From NCBI RefSeq assembly GCF_053078305.1, contig NZ_CP166879.1: 64,000 nt of DNA; one strand, given 5' to 3'. Under the pieces are notes generated by a model. It searched no databases and was not told the DNA's origin. It saw nothing but the letters and a program-made list of their open reading frames with translations. Shown here in pieces: positions 37,432 through 46,413 of this stretch. How positions within the stretch are numbered: position 1 is the first letter of the stretch; each line of letters opens with the position of its first letter. A program made the translations under genes and the position numbers.

Positions 37432-38539
37432 ACTGTATCTGGGCGGTGAGATTTTTTCCGGCTGGCTGACGGTGAGTGTTCGTCGCTCTCTTGAACATCT
37501 GGCGGGCTCCTTTGAACTGGGGGTAATGATGCCAGGTGTACGCCTTCCGTCATCCGTCCGTGCCGGTCAGTCTCTGGAATTGCGCATTGACGGTCAGCCT
37601 GTGATCACTGGCTGGCTGGATCAGGTCCGGCAGCGCATCAGCGCCACGCGTTTTCAGATCACGCTCAGCGGACGGGATAAAACCGGTGACCTGGTGGACT
37701 GTTCAGCCATTCATCCGGGCAGCCAGTGGAGGAACCGCACGCTGGAGCACATTGCTTCAGATTTGTGTGCTCCGTTCGGGGTCACGGTGCGCTGGCAGGT
37801 AAATGATGCAACGGCAGCCCGGCCCTTTTCCACCTTCACACTGGAAAACTCAGAAACCGTGGCAGATGCGCTGACACGGGCCGCGAGACACAGAGGCGTC
37901 CTGGTAACCAGTAATGCCGCCGGTGAACTGGTTTTCACTCAGGCCGGCAGTCAGCGTGGCGACACGCTGACGCTGGGCGAAAATCTGCTGGATTTGGATC
38001 ACAACGTGGATCACCGTCTGCGCCACAGTGAATACCGTGTACGGGGGCACGGGCGTGGTGGTGGTCATGCCGGGGATGCACTGACAGCCGGAACGCTGGC
38101 CGCACCCGTTGGTACGGTGACAGACAGTGCCATCCACCGTTACAGACCGAAAATTGTGCTGGCGGATCATGCTGTTGATGCAGACGGTGCACGCCAGAGG
38201 GCTGTCCGGGAAATGCGCCGGGCGGTTGCCCGCTCTGTGCGCCTGACAGCCACCGTGCGGCACTGGTTTCGGGAGAACGGCCAGTTGTGGGATATCAACC
38301 TGCTGACGGCTGTCACGGCTCCCCGCACCGGAGTGGAAGAGCGTGATCTTCTTGTCTGTCAGGTGGAGTTTTCGCTGGATGCAAATCACGGCGAAACCAC
38401 CCGTCTGATTCTGGCACCCCGTGACGGCTTTATTGTTCCGGCAGAGCCGGGAAACAGCGGAAGCGGAAATGCGGGTGACGTGGACGCCTTCGTGCGGGCA
38501 CAGATGAAAAAACAGGGGATTAAATTCAATGATGAATGA
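37415..38539 (+). CDS. baseplate hub / tail protein (Mu P/gp44-like)
   Basis: 374 aa with a GTG start after GGAGGTG. Called by synteny and size. Confidence 0.8.
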   Translation: MSSRVELYLGGEIFSGWLTVSVRRSLEHLAGSFELGVMMPGVRLPSSVRAGQSLELRIDGQPVITGWLDQVRQRISATRFQITLSGRDKTGDLVDCSAIHPGSQWRNRTLEHIASDLCAPFGVTVRWQVNDATAARPFSTFTLENSETVADALTRAARHRGVLVTSNAAGELVFTQAGSQRGDTLTLGENLLDLDHNVDHRLRHSEYRVRGHGRGGGHAGDALTAGTLAAPVGTVTDSAIHRYRPKIVLADHAVDADGARQRAVREMRRAVARSVRLTATVRHWFRENGQLWDINLLTAVTAPRTGVEERDLLVCQVEFSLDANHGETTRLILAPRDGFIVPAEPGNSGSGNAGDVDAFVRAQMKKQGIKFNDE

Positions 38540-39143
38540 CGAAGTCATCAGCCGCCTTCTGGCCCCCGTGATGCGGGGTGTTCGTCTGCTGTTCGGGCGT
38601 GGTGTACTGACCGGCACAACGGACACGCTGAAAATCCAGAATGTGCAAATCACCTGTATGGATGGTGAAACCTTTGATGACGTTGAGCGCCCCCAGCAGT
38701 ACGGGCAAATCAGCGTCCCCCTGCCTGGTGCGGAAGTTTTTCTGGCCTGTGCTGGCGGACAACGGGATCAGGCCGTGGTGCTTGTGGTGGAAGACCGCCG
38801 CAGTCGCCCGACCGGACTTACCGCCGGAGATACCGGCGTGTATCACCATGAGGGGCACCGTATACGTCTGACAAAGAACGGCCGGATCATTGTGACCTGT
38901 AAGACGCTGGAGATTTACGCCGATGAAGGTGTTCAGGTGGATACACCGGAGGCTCACTTTACCGGTAATGTCACAGTGGATAAGAACCTGCATGTCAAAG
39001 GCAATGTGTCCATTGACGGCACCGGAAGATCACAGGGGACGTTCACGATGTCCGAAGCGGTTATTGCCGGGATCGCCTATTCAGGTCATGTGCATCACGA
39101 TAACGGTGAAGGCAGCAAAACGGGAGGACCAGAGAATGGCTGA
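38529..39143 (+). CDS. baseplate spike / assembly protein V-type (Mu gp45-like)
   Basis: 204 aa with an OB-fold-plus-beta-helix-like C-terminus (FTGNVTVDKNLHVKGNVSIDGT...HVHHDNGEG), typical of gpV/spike proteins. Confidence 0.8.
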   Translation: MMNDEVISRLLAPVMRGVRLLFGRGVLTGTTDTLKIQNVQITCMDGETFDDVERPQQYGQISVPLPGAEVFLACAGGQRDQAVVLVVEDRRSRPTGLTAGDTGVYHHEGHRIRLTKNGRIIVTCKTLEIYADEGVQVDTPEAHFTGNVTVDKNLHVKGNVSIDGTGRSQGTFTMSEAVIAGIAYSGHVHHDNGEGSKTGGPENG

Positions 39144-39573
39144 TATTGCTGTCGTCTGGGATCAGGGTTGTGGTTCCCTGCAACTGAACGGCGCAGATCT
39201 TCTGACGGATAACAGCCTGCTGACTGCGGTCATTATTTCACTGTTTACGGACAGGCGGGCGCTGGATTCCGATGAAATCCCTGACGGCACCCGTGACCGT
39301 CGGGGATGGTGGGGAGACAGTTTCCGGGAGCGCCCCGTTGGCTCCCGTCTCTGGCTGTTAAGCCGTGAAAAGACGCTGTCCTCCGTGGTCAGCCGTGCAC
39401 AGGCCTATGCTGATGAAGCGCTGGCGTGGCTGCATAAAAGCGGTGCTGCCACATCCGTGGTATGTCATGCCATGCGTGTGGGGCATGATCGCCTTTCGCT
39501 TTCCGTGAAAATCACCCTGCCGGACGGAAGCAGACATCCGATGATTTTTTATGCTGATATGAAGGGGGAATGA
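39136..39573 (+). CDS. baseplate protein (Mu gp46-like)
   Basis: ORF-track 38923-39573. The in-frame ATG at 39136 gives 145 aa (Mu gp46 is about 147 aa) and removes the long overlap with the spike gene. Confidence 0.7.
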   Translation: MADIAVVWDQGCGSLQLNGADLLTDNSLLTAVIISLFTDRRALDSDEIPDGTRDRRGWWGDSFRERPVGSRLWLLSREKTLSSVVSRAQAYADEALAWLHKSGAATSVVCHAMRVGHDRLSLSVKITLPDGSRHPMIFYADMKGE

Positions 39574-40655
39574 TGCCTTATCAGCCCTTACCACTGGCGC
39601 AACTGATCACACAGACACAACAGGATATCAGCCAGCGCCTGCCCGGTTCGCAGCCGGGCGTGAATGAAACCACCCTGAATGCCATTGCGTATGCACTGGC
39701 GGGTCTGTCAGCACAGGAGCATGAACATCTGGCCTGGATCTCCCGGCAGATAATTCCGACAGAAGCTGATGAAGCCGAACTCCTGAAACACTGCGCATTC
39801 TGGGGTGTCATCCGTAAACCGGCTTCCCGCGCTGACGGACCGGTACAACTGATGCTGACCACGGATGCAGGGATCACGGAAGGCGTACTCCTTCAGCGAA
39901 GCGATGGTGTTGTGTACCGCATCACCGGCTCTGCGACCGGAAAAGCCGGAACACTGAATGTTAATGTGGAGGCGGAAAGTGCGGGGCGCGCCGGAAATAC
40001 CCCGACCGGAACCCGCCTGTCCTTTATCACGCCACAGGCGGGCATCAACCAGACAGCCACGGTTACCGGCACGGGACTCACCGGTGGTGCGGATGTGGAA
40101 ACGGTGCCGGAGTTGCTGTCCAGGCTGGTATTCCGGGTACAGAACCCGCCATCAGGGGGAACACAGTATGATTTTGAACGTTGGGCACGGGAAGTACCGG
40201 GCGTGACGCGGGCATGGTGTAAGCCTGAATGGCCAGAGGCGGGTAGTGTTGGTGTGACTTTTGTTCAGGATAATAACCCTGACATTTTCCCCGGAGAAGG
40301 TGATGTGAAGCGGGTGGCGGATTATATCCGCAGTCATGATGATCCGGCGACGGGCCAGCCCGTTGGTCAGCCACTTGGGCCGACAATCAGCGTGTTTAAG
40401 CTGACCAATAAGCCGGTGGCGTTTGAGATCAGGATTGTACCCAAAACGCCGGAAAATCAGGCTGCCGTAAAACAGGCATTAACGGACCTGCTTTATAACG
40501 AATCGCGGCCGGGTGGACTTGTATTGCCTTCATCATTCTGGCGGGCTGTTGCAGGGGTGAAAGGACTGGAGGATTTTGAAGTTCGCAGTCCGCTGAAGTC
40601 CGTAATGGCCGGAGATACAGAGTTGCTGACCGTGGGGGAAATCACATGGCTGTAA
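39570..40655 (+). CDS. baseplate wedge protein, J-like (Mu gp47-like)
   Basis: 361 aa with ATGA coupling. Called by synteny with Mu gp47 / P2 gpJ. Confidence 0.82.
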   Translation: MMPYQPLPLAQLITQTQQDISQRLPGSQPGVNETTLNAIAYALAGLSAQEHEHLAWISRQIIPTEADEAELLKHCAFWGVIRKPASRADGPVQLMLTTDAGITEGVLLQRSDGVVYRITGSATGKAGTLNVNVEAESAGRAGNTPTGTRLSFITPQAGINQTATVTGTGLTGGADVETVPELLSRLVFRVQNPPSGGTQYDFERWAREVPGVTRAWCKPEWPEAGSVGVTFVQDNNPDIFPGEGDVKRVADYIRSHDDPATGQPVGQPLGPTISVFKLTNKPVAFEIRIVPKTPENQAAVKQALTDLLYNESRPGGLVLPSSFWRAVAGVKGLEDFEVRSPLKSVMAGDTELLTVGEITWL

Positions 40656-41206
40656 CCCTGACCCCGCATCAGCGCGCCCTGTTGCAGTTGCTGCCTGACG
40701 GGCTGGCATGGGATAAGCGGCCGTCATCCGTTCTTGCAGCTTTGTGCCTGGGTCTCAGTCATTCCACGGAGCGTGTTTCCTGGACCGGTAACCAGATGCT
40801 GGCAGAACGTTTTCCTGATTCATCCCGTCTGCTACTGGAAGACTGGGAGCGTTATCTGGGGTTACCGGAATGTGATATGACCGGCGCAACCATTCAGGAG
40901 CGTCAGCGTTATGCCGGGAATAAATACCGGATGAAACCCTCTCTTAACCGTGAATTTTATATCCGGTTTGCGGCAGAGTTTGGTTATGAAATAGATATCC
41001 AGCCATCACCGGAATCACAATGGATCAGTATTGTGACAGTGAAGACGGCGGTGGGATACCGTCACATGAATGTGCTGGATGATATTCTCACGCCGCTGCG
41101 TATTTATGAAGGCGGTGCGCTGGAATGTATTCTGAACCGTTATAAGCCTGCATGGCAGACGTTTATTTACGTGTATGCAAACAGCCATGAAGAGGAGACT
41201 ATTTAA
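40646..41206 (+). CDS. baseplate/tail protein (Mu gp48-like, P2 gpI-like)
   Basis: 186 aa, precedes the tail fibre gene. Called by synteny. Confidence 0.72.
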   Translation: MAVTLTPHQRALLQLLPDGLAWDKRPSSVLAALCLGLSHSTERVSWTGNQMLAERFPDSSRLLLEDWERYLGLPECDMTGATIQERQRYAGNKYRMKPSLNREFYIRFAAEFGYEIDIQPSPESQWISIVTVKTAVGYRHMNVLDDILTPLRIYEGGALECILNRYKPAWQTFIYVYANSHEEETI

Positions 41207-42117
41207 TGTTTCATGTTGATAATAATTCCGGCGTGGCGAATATGCCTGCGCTGGCACCGGCGCAGAGTAATACCACCACCTGGTTTACCGAAGGTGACGG
41301 ACAAAAAGGTATCAGCTGGATTGGTCAGGACTGGCTGAATATTCTCCAGGCCGAACTGCTGAATATTCTGGCTGAAGCCAGTATTCAGCCGGATAAGGCG
41401 CAGTTAAACCAGCTTACGCTGTCCATTAAAGCCATTATCGCTGCGAATGCCTTTTCCCGGAAAAACAACCTGAAAGAAATTGCTGATGCCGGTGCGGAAG
41501 CCCAGCGTCTTGCCCGTGGTTATCTTGGTCTTGGGGCGCTTGCCACAAAAAACAGTCTTGGTCCCGGTGACGTTAATGCTCTGGCGAAGGATCAGAACCT
41601 TGCCGACCTGGAGAATGCGGGAACCGCCCGTAATAATCTGGATGTTTACAGCAAAAGCGAAGGTGATAACCGTTACCTGCGCAGGGAGCAGAACGGCGCA
41701 GACATTCCGGATAAAGGCGCTTTTATCGATAACGTCGGTTTACGGGAAACGGTAAATAAGGCTGCTGATGCCCTGCCATCGGGTGGAACCGCCGTGGCAG
41801 CAAACAGACTCGCCACCCCAAGAAATATTAATGGCGTTCCTTTTGACGGAACGCAGGATATCAACATCACGTCAGGAATGACGCAGTCAACCGCAGATGG
41901 CCGGTATGTACAGAATGTTCAGCTTGGAGCACAGAGCTATCATTCACCCGGAGGCAATGAAATATCATGGAATTACAGCGCACCTTCCGGTTGTATGCTT
42001 TCCGGTATTAACGTGCAGGAAACCGGCTCCCGGTCTGCGGACAATATCGGTGGGGTCTATTATCGCCCGGTTCAGATTTATATTAATAATGCCTGGAGAA
42101 CGGTAAGTTCAGTGTAA
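41206..42117 (+). CDS. tail fibre protein (S-like): constant N-terminal part fused to the currently expressed variable C-terminus (Sv)
   Basis: 303 aa. The gene crosses the left gix-like site at 41723-41748. Its C-terminal 127 aa lie inside the invertible segment and resemble the alternative cassette on the opposite strand. Confidence 0.82.
   Translation: MFHVDNNSGVANMPALAPAQSNTTTWFTEGDGQKGISWIGQDWLNILQAELLNILAEASIQPDKAQLNQLTLSIKAIIAANAFSRKNNLKEIADAGAEAQRLARGYLGLGALATKNSLGPGDVNALAKDQNLADLENAGTARNNLDVYSKSEGDNRYLRREQNGADIPDKGAFIDNVGLRETVNKAADALPSGGTAVAANRLATPRNINGVPFDGTQDINITSGMTQSTADGRYVQNVQLGAQSYHSPGGNEISWNYSAPSGCMLSGINVQETGSRSADNIGGVYYRPVQIYINNAWRTVSSV
41723..41748 (+). promoter_or_regulatory. 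left crossover site (gix-like) for the Gin-type invertase
   Basis: TTATCGATAACG-TC-GGTTTACGGGAA compares with Mu gix TTATCCAAAACC-TC-GGTTTACAGGAA. The core TC is at 41735-41736. Confidence 0.7.
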
Positions 42118-42127
42118 ACCACAGAAA

Positions 42128-42146
42128 AGGGTGCTGAATGCACCCT
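42128..42146. terminator. hairpin between the convergent tail-fibre gene and the tail-fibre assembly gene
   Basis: AGGGTGC-TGAAT-GCACCCT (7-bp stem). The minus-strand side is followed by TTTCTGTGG. Weak U-tract. Confidence 0.35.
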
Positions 42147-42151
42147 CTGAA

Positions 42152-42673
42152 TTATTCCGGTTTTTCCGGCCAGGGAATCGCCTGGTAATGCCCCTCACTG
42201 GCAATATCATTAAAGTGCATTTCTTTAAGCTGTCGGATATACGCCATCCAGCGCGTCAGCTGTAATTTATTTTCATCGCTAATCATGTCCAGTTTTAATT
42301 CTGTTTTCCAGTCATCCACGGTTTCGTTGGCTTCCTGGAGCAGCGATGAGCGACGCTTTTCAGCAACCGTCTTCCAGTTTACCGGCACCTTTGATATCAG
42401 GCCATCAGAAAACTGCCAGTTACCGTCAATATTCACACCTTCCGGCAGTTCGTCCACTTCAACAACAGTAAAACCTGCCGGATATAAAGCAGAGACATCT
42501 TCAGCAACAGAGCAGATAATACCCGTTACAGGCGAAATACAGAGTTTGTATTTCTTTGTGAAAAGCGGGATAGATTCATAAAAATCCCTTCCGTCCTCAC
42601 TCTGGAAATACTGAACATCCTCACCATAGGGTTTGTGTTCCGGGTAATATCGTTTTACGTTAATAAGCTCCAT
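42152..42673 (-). CDS. tail fibre assembly protein (U'-like chaperone) of the silent orientation
   Basis: ORF-track 42152-42784. ATG at 42673 follows AAGGTGA and gives 173 aa (Mu U is 175 aa). MELINVKRYYPEHKPYGEDVQYF... has a typical Tfa/U-family N-terminus. Confidence 0.8.
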   Translation of the reverse strand: MELINVKRYYPEHKPYGEDVQYFQSEDGRDFYESIPLFTKKYKLCISPVTGIICSVAEDVSALYPAGFTVVEVDELPEGVNIDGNWQFSDGLISKVPVNWKTVAEKRRSSLLQEANETVDDWKTELKLDMISDENKLQLTRWMAYIRQLKEMHFNDIASEGHYQAIPWPEKPE

Positions 42674-42752
42674 TATTTCACCTTGTTTTTGTTGAAAAGA
42701 CAAAATCATCATATATTTATTCAGATAATCTGTTTTTTGAACTACTGCACTT

Positions 42753-43109
42753 TTATGCGCTGGAAGCTGTTTTCCACGAACCATCTATCAGAAACTGAAC
42801 AGGTCGATAATATGCGGTTACCGTTGCATTACCATCACCAGCGACATCAAGCCCTGTAAGTACGCATCCGTCAGGAACTTCAAAAATATTATATTGCATT
42901 CCAATCGTTGACCTTGAACCTCTTCGAATGCTTTGAACATAACGTGAGTCAGCCACAGACTGCGTCATCCCCGATGTAATATTTATATCCTGCGTTCCGT
43001 CAAATGGGACACCATTAATATTTCTTGGAGTGGCGAGTTTATTCGCTGCAACAGCCGTTCCGTTCGATGGCAGGGCATTCGCGGCCCTGTTTACAGTATC
43101 CCGTAAACC
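42753..43109 (-). CDS. silent alternative tail-fibre C-terminal cassette (Sv'), no own start codon
   Basis: Read on the minus strand from the right gix core, the frame continues the S constant region: GLRDTVNRAANALPSNGTAVAANKLATPRNINGVPFDGTQDINITSGMTQSVADSRYVQ...YYRPVQFLIDGSWKTASSA. This parallels the expressed Sv. Confidence 0.75.
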   Translation of the reverse strand, partial: GLRDTVNRAANALPSNGTAVAANKLATPRNINGVPFDGTQDINITSGMTQSVADSRYVQSIRRGSRSTIGMQYNIFEVPDGCVLTGLDVAGDGNATVTAYYRPVQFLIDGSWKTASSA

Positions 43110-43123
43110 GAGGTTTCAGGGAT
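43098..43123 (+). promoter_or_regulatory. right crossover site (gix-like)
   Basis: ATCCCGTAAACC-GA-GGTTTCAGGGAT. Its reverse complement ATCCCTGAAACC-TC-GGTTTACGGGAT matches the left site and Mu gix. It is 55 bp upstream of the invertase gene. Confidence 0.75.
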
Positions 43124-43177
43124 GCCGTATATCTGCTTTAAAAGGCCTTTCCACCTCTTTTTAAGGAAGGTAAATAC

Positions 43178-43738
43178 ATGCTGATTGGCTATATACGCGT
43201 ATCAACAAATGACCAGAACACCGGTTTACAAAGAAATGCGCTGGAATGTGCAGGATGTGAGCAGATTTTTGAAGACAAAATGAGTGGTAAAACGACACAG
43301 CGGCCGGGACTGAAGCGGGCACTGAAGAAACTAAAACCCGGTGACACACTGATGGTCTGGAAACTGGACAGGCTGGGGCGCAGTATGCGCCACCTTGTTG
43401 CGCTGACAGATGAATTACAGCAACAGGGGATAAATTTTCGTAGTCTTACTGACAACATTGATACGTCAACCCCCATGGGGCGCTTCTTTTTTCACATAAT
43501 GGGTGCGCTGGCAGAAATGGAGCGTGAATTAATTGTCGAACGGACACGGGCTGGTCTTGCAGCTGCCCGTGAAAGGGGACGAACCGGCGGCAGACCCCGT
43601 CGTCTCACGCAGGAACAATACGAGCAGGTCGGGCGTTTACTGGCCGGGGGTGTCAGTCGAAGACAGGTGGCACTTATTTTTGATATCGGCCTTTCAACCC
43701 TTTATCGTTATTATCCTGCGAGCGTTTCGGAAAAATAA
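43178..43738 (+). CDS. gin: Gin/Hin/Cin/Pin-family serine DNA invertase
   Basis: 186 aa. MLIGYIRVSTNDQNTGLQRNAL... contains the catalytic Ser in RVST, a resolvase core, and a C-terminal HTH (RRQVALIFDIGLSTLYRY). Confidence 0.93.
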   Translation: MLIGYIRVSTNDQNTGLQRNALECAGCEQIFEDKMSGKTTQRPGLKRALKKLKPGDTLMVWKLDRLGRSMRHLVALTDELQQQGINFRSLTDNIDTSTPMGRFFFHIMGALAEMERELIVERTRAGLAAARERGRTGGRPRRLTQEQYEQVGRLLAGGVSRRQVALIFDIGLSTLYRYYPASVSEK

Positions 43739-43828
43739 GACGCTCCCTTTGTTGGGCCTTTACTGAATTAACGCAAAATGGCGTTTATCGGTCTGTGGAT
43801 ATGATAATTCTGTTTATTCAGGAACAGG

Positions 43829-45886
43829 ATGAATATTATGACGTCCAAATGGGTTCAACTATCATCAATGCCCGGAAACTTTACCGTTAAAGTTTCCGGT
43901 GGTACAGCGGCATTTCTTGAGGCTCCCTTTCCTCCTGCTGAAACGAAAGGAGGAATGACATTTGCTGACTGTCTCATCAGTTTTAATACACAGGATTGCC
44001 TGTGGGTAAGGCCAGTATCCGGTGATCCGAACGTGGAAATTACCGGAGCGGGTATTGGTGCTGTCATTCCGTTAAGTGCTGATGTTGCCGGTACTACTGA
44101 ACCGTCAGACTGGGATAATGCAGAAACACATACCCGTCCGGCAGGAAATGAAACGGCTTCCAGCTCCCCTTCCTGGTATTACGTGATTGTTATAGCCGGC
44201 CAGTCCAATGCTTCATCTTATGGTGAAGGGTTGCCCCTTCCGGATTCTTATGATCGTCCTGATCCACGTATTATGCAGCTGGCACGCAGGAATACACAAA
44301 CCCCCGGAGGTATTCCCTGCAAATACAATGAAATCATTCCAGCAGATCACTGCCTTCATGATGTTCAGAATATGAGTCTGCTGAACCATCCAAAAGCAGA
44401 CCTGAAAAAAGGGCAGTATGGTTGTGTGGGGCAGGGACTTCATATTGCGAAAAAAGTATTACCGGTGATTCCTGCTGATGCCGGGATTTTACTGGTTCCC
44501 TGTGCCCGTGGCGGCTCTGCTTTTACAACCGGCGCAGTTGGCTCATTCGATCCGGCAAGTGGTGCAGCCGAGGCGTCACTACGCTGGGGAGTGGATACCC
44601 CACTGTATCAGGATCTTGTCAGTCGAACTAAAGCGGCACTTGAGGCGAATCCAAAGAATGTGCTGTTATCTGTCGTATGGATTCAGGGGGAAGGAGACCT
44701 TAAAGCGACCCCGGCCCAGCATGGTGCCCAGTTTACTGCGATGGTGAAAAAATTCCGTGCGGATCTTGGGGCTTTCTCCGGTCAGTGTATTGGTGGTTCA
44801 TCAGACAGTGTGCCGTGGTTATGTGGTGACACAACCTATGACTGGAAAGAGAAGAACCCGGCGGCATATGAAACCATTTATAGCGGATATAAAAACCGGG
44901 CTTCCGAGAACATTCACTTTGTTCCACTGATGCACGATGAGTTCGGTAATAAAACCGCGACCAACCTGCCGGAGCACGACCCGGATATCGCTTCTGCCGG
45001 GTATTATGGTGCGGAATCACGGGGAGATGGCAACTGGACAACAGCATCCAGGGCAACCCATTTTAGCTCCTGGGCGCGCCGTTTTCTGGTCTCAGATCGT
45101 TTTGCATCAGCAATTCTTAAATATGCAGGTCTGACCTCTGCATTTATTGCCGGTGTGGCCCCTGATGGTGAAACCCTGCCTCAGCCCGCGCCGGGTGGGA
45201 AACCGGAAGCGCCGACAGGTAGTCAGCCAGGAGGCAGTGAGTCCCCCCATCCGACATCCCCGTCACTCCGTACGCTGCTTTCACTTAAAGCATCAGCAGG
45301 AGAAGCCCCGGCTCAGGGCTGGAAAATTACAGATGGTACAATCCAGCTGACGGACGAAGGTAAAGCGTTGACCGTATCCAAACAAAGCGGAAAAACCTGG
45401 ACGCTTACCCATGGAACTGATGCAGCCGGTGAACTTCTGAAGCATGGTGGTCAGTTGACCTGTAAATTCCGTCTGTCAGGTGAAGTAAAAGAAGGCCAGT
45501 TTGCTCTGGGTATTTACCTCCACACCGATACGGTCCCGGAAGGTGTAACCATGAGTGGTACAGGCACACCGTTCCTGATGGCGTATTATCTCCAGACAAC
45601 AGGCGGCCAGTTAAATCTGATGCACCATAAAACAGGGGGGAATACGAAACTGGGATCATTTGGAGCCTACAATAACCAGTGGCATACACTTGTCCTGAAG
45701 TTTACGGCGGGAAGTGCCCAGGTAACGCCTGTGCTGGATGGCACTCCGGGCCAGGCATTCCAGATGGTGAAAGATGCACTTTCCCCTGCCAAAGATACGC
45801 TGACACTGACAGATGTCACCAAAGGGGCAACTTATGGCGTGTCTTTTGAGAGCGTTGTCCTTGAGGTTAATACCCCTGCGGCATAA
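43829..45886 (+). CDS. three-domain cargo protein: unknown N-terminal domain + SASA-type (sialate O-acetylesterase-like) esterase + LamG/ConA-like C-terminal domain
   Basis: 685 aa. VIVIAGQSNASSYGEG and VVWIQGEGD are the GQSN and WxQGExD blocks of the SASA / 9-O-acetylesterase family. A Pro/Gly-rich linker (PQPAPGGKPEAPTGSQPGGSESPHPTSPS) precedes a beta-rich C-terminal ~200 aa (NQWHTLVLKF). SD AGGAACAGG. Confidence 0.75.
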   Translation: MNIMTSKWVQLSSMPGNFTVKVSGGTAAFLEAPFPPAETKGGMTFADCLISFNTQDCLWVRPVSGDPNVEITGAGIGAVIPLSADVAGTTEPSDWDNAETHTRPAGNETASSSPSWYYVIVIAGQSNASSYGEGLPLPDSYDRPDPRIMQLARRNTQTPGGIPCKYNEIIPADHCLHDVQNMSLLNHPKADLKKGQYGCVGQGLHIAKKVLPVIPADAGILLVPCARGGSAFTTGAVGSFDPASGAAEASLRWGVDTPLYQDLVSRTKAALEANPKNVLLSVVWIQGEGDLKATPAQHGAQFTAMVKKFRADLGAFSGQCIGGSSDSVPWLCGDTTYDWKEKNPAAYETIYSGYKNRASENIHFVPLMHDEFGNKTATNLPEHDPDIASAGYYGAESRGDGNWTTASRATHFSSWARRFLVSDRFASAILKYAGLTSAFIAGVAPDGETLPQPAPGGKPEAPTGSQPGGSESPHPTSPSLRTLLSLKASAGEAPAQGWKITDGTIQLTDEGKALTVSKQSGKTWTLTHGTDAAGELLKHGGQLTCKFRLSGEVKEGQFALGIYLHTDTVPEGVTMSGTGTPFLMAYYLQTTGGQLNLMHHKTGGNTKLGSFGAYNNQWHTLVLKFTAGSAQVTPVLDGTPGQAFQMVKDALSPAKDTLTLTDVTKGATYGVSFESVVLEVNTPAA

Positions 45887-45943
45887 TCGTGACGGCCGGG
45901 AATTTATCCGGCTGTAACATCAGTTAATAAGAGTGAGGCTTAT

Positions 45944-46123
45944 ATGACATATATAAACGTCTGCCTGCTGTATTTCTGCACGGTGGTTTGTTGTCTGTTG
46001 CTTGTCAGCGGTGGTTATAAAATTATTCGCAATTATTTTCGAAATAAAATTGATGCAGCTGCCGAGGAAAAGATAAAAAGCGGTGCTGTAATGCCGCAGC
46101 CGAAAGACTCCGGTCAGATTTAA
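45944..46123 (+). CDS. candidate small membrane protein (59 aa; below ORF-track cut-off)
   Basis: ATG at 45944 follows GAGTGAGG. MTYINVCLLYFCTVVCCLLLVSGGYKIIRNYF... has one N-terminal TM helix and a charged tail. Confidence 0.45.
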   Translation: MTYINVCLLYFCTVVCCLLLVSGGYKIIRNYFRNKIDAAAEEKIKSGAVMPQPKDSGQI

Positions 46124-46158
46124 TTTTTTGTGAACCAGAAAAGGAAAGGAGAATATTC

Positions 46159-46404
46159 ATGCCAGAGATTAAAGGCACGGTTACTGAAGAGCTTGTCAAA
46201 CAGGCACTTTATTCTGAAGAAGTGAACCGCGTGCTGAAGGCGCAGGTTCGCAAGGATTTTGAGGCACAAATCGACGCATATGTTGATGAAGTGCTGGCCC
46301 GAATGGTTGGTCGTTCTCCGGCTGAAAACAGCACGGAAAATGAGCCTCAACCCGTAGAGCAACCAGAGCCGGTTCAACCCGGAACTGACGGTACTATGAT
46401 GTAA
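46159..46404 (+). CDS. hypothetical 81-aa protein, helical N-terminus and acidic Pro-rich tail
   Basis: ORF with SD AAGGAAAGGAG. The tail reads ENSTENEPQPVEQPEPVQPGTDG. No recognisable family. Confidence 0.5.
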   Translation: MPEIKGTVTEELVKQALYSEEVNRVLKAQVRKDFEAQIDAYVDEVLARMVGRSPAENSTENEPQPVEQPEPVQPGTDGTMM

Positions 46405-46413
46405 CAATACCGA

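Larger units (their letters stand above)
41737..43109. mobile_element. invertible tail-fibre host-range segment (G-segment analogue, about 1.37 kb)
   Basis: Bounded by inverted gix-like sites at 41723-41748 and 43098-43123, next to a Gin-family invertase gene. It contains Sv on the plus strand and Sv' plus a tail-fibre assembly gene on the minus strand. Confidence 0.72.

Noticed and set aside
37850-38653. 267-aa minus-strand ORF. Similar antisense ORFs occur at 21830-22423, 24139-24738, 26555-27088, 28406-28969 and 38526-38993.
   Set aside because: All are antisense to tightly packed, syntenic Mu-type structural genes, with low-complexity Arg/Gly/His-rich translations. Treated as non-coding shadows.
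38923-39135. N-terminal 71 codons of the 216-aa ORF containing the gp46-like gene
   Set aside because: This extension overlaps the spike gene in another frame. The in-frame ATG at 39136 gives the size expected for the family.
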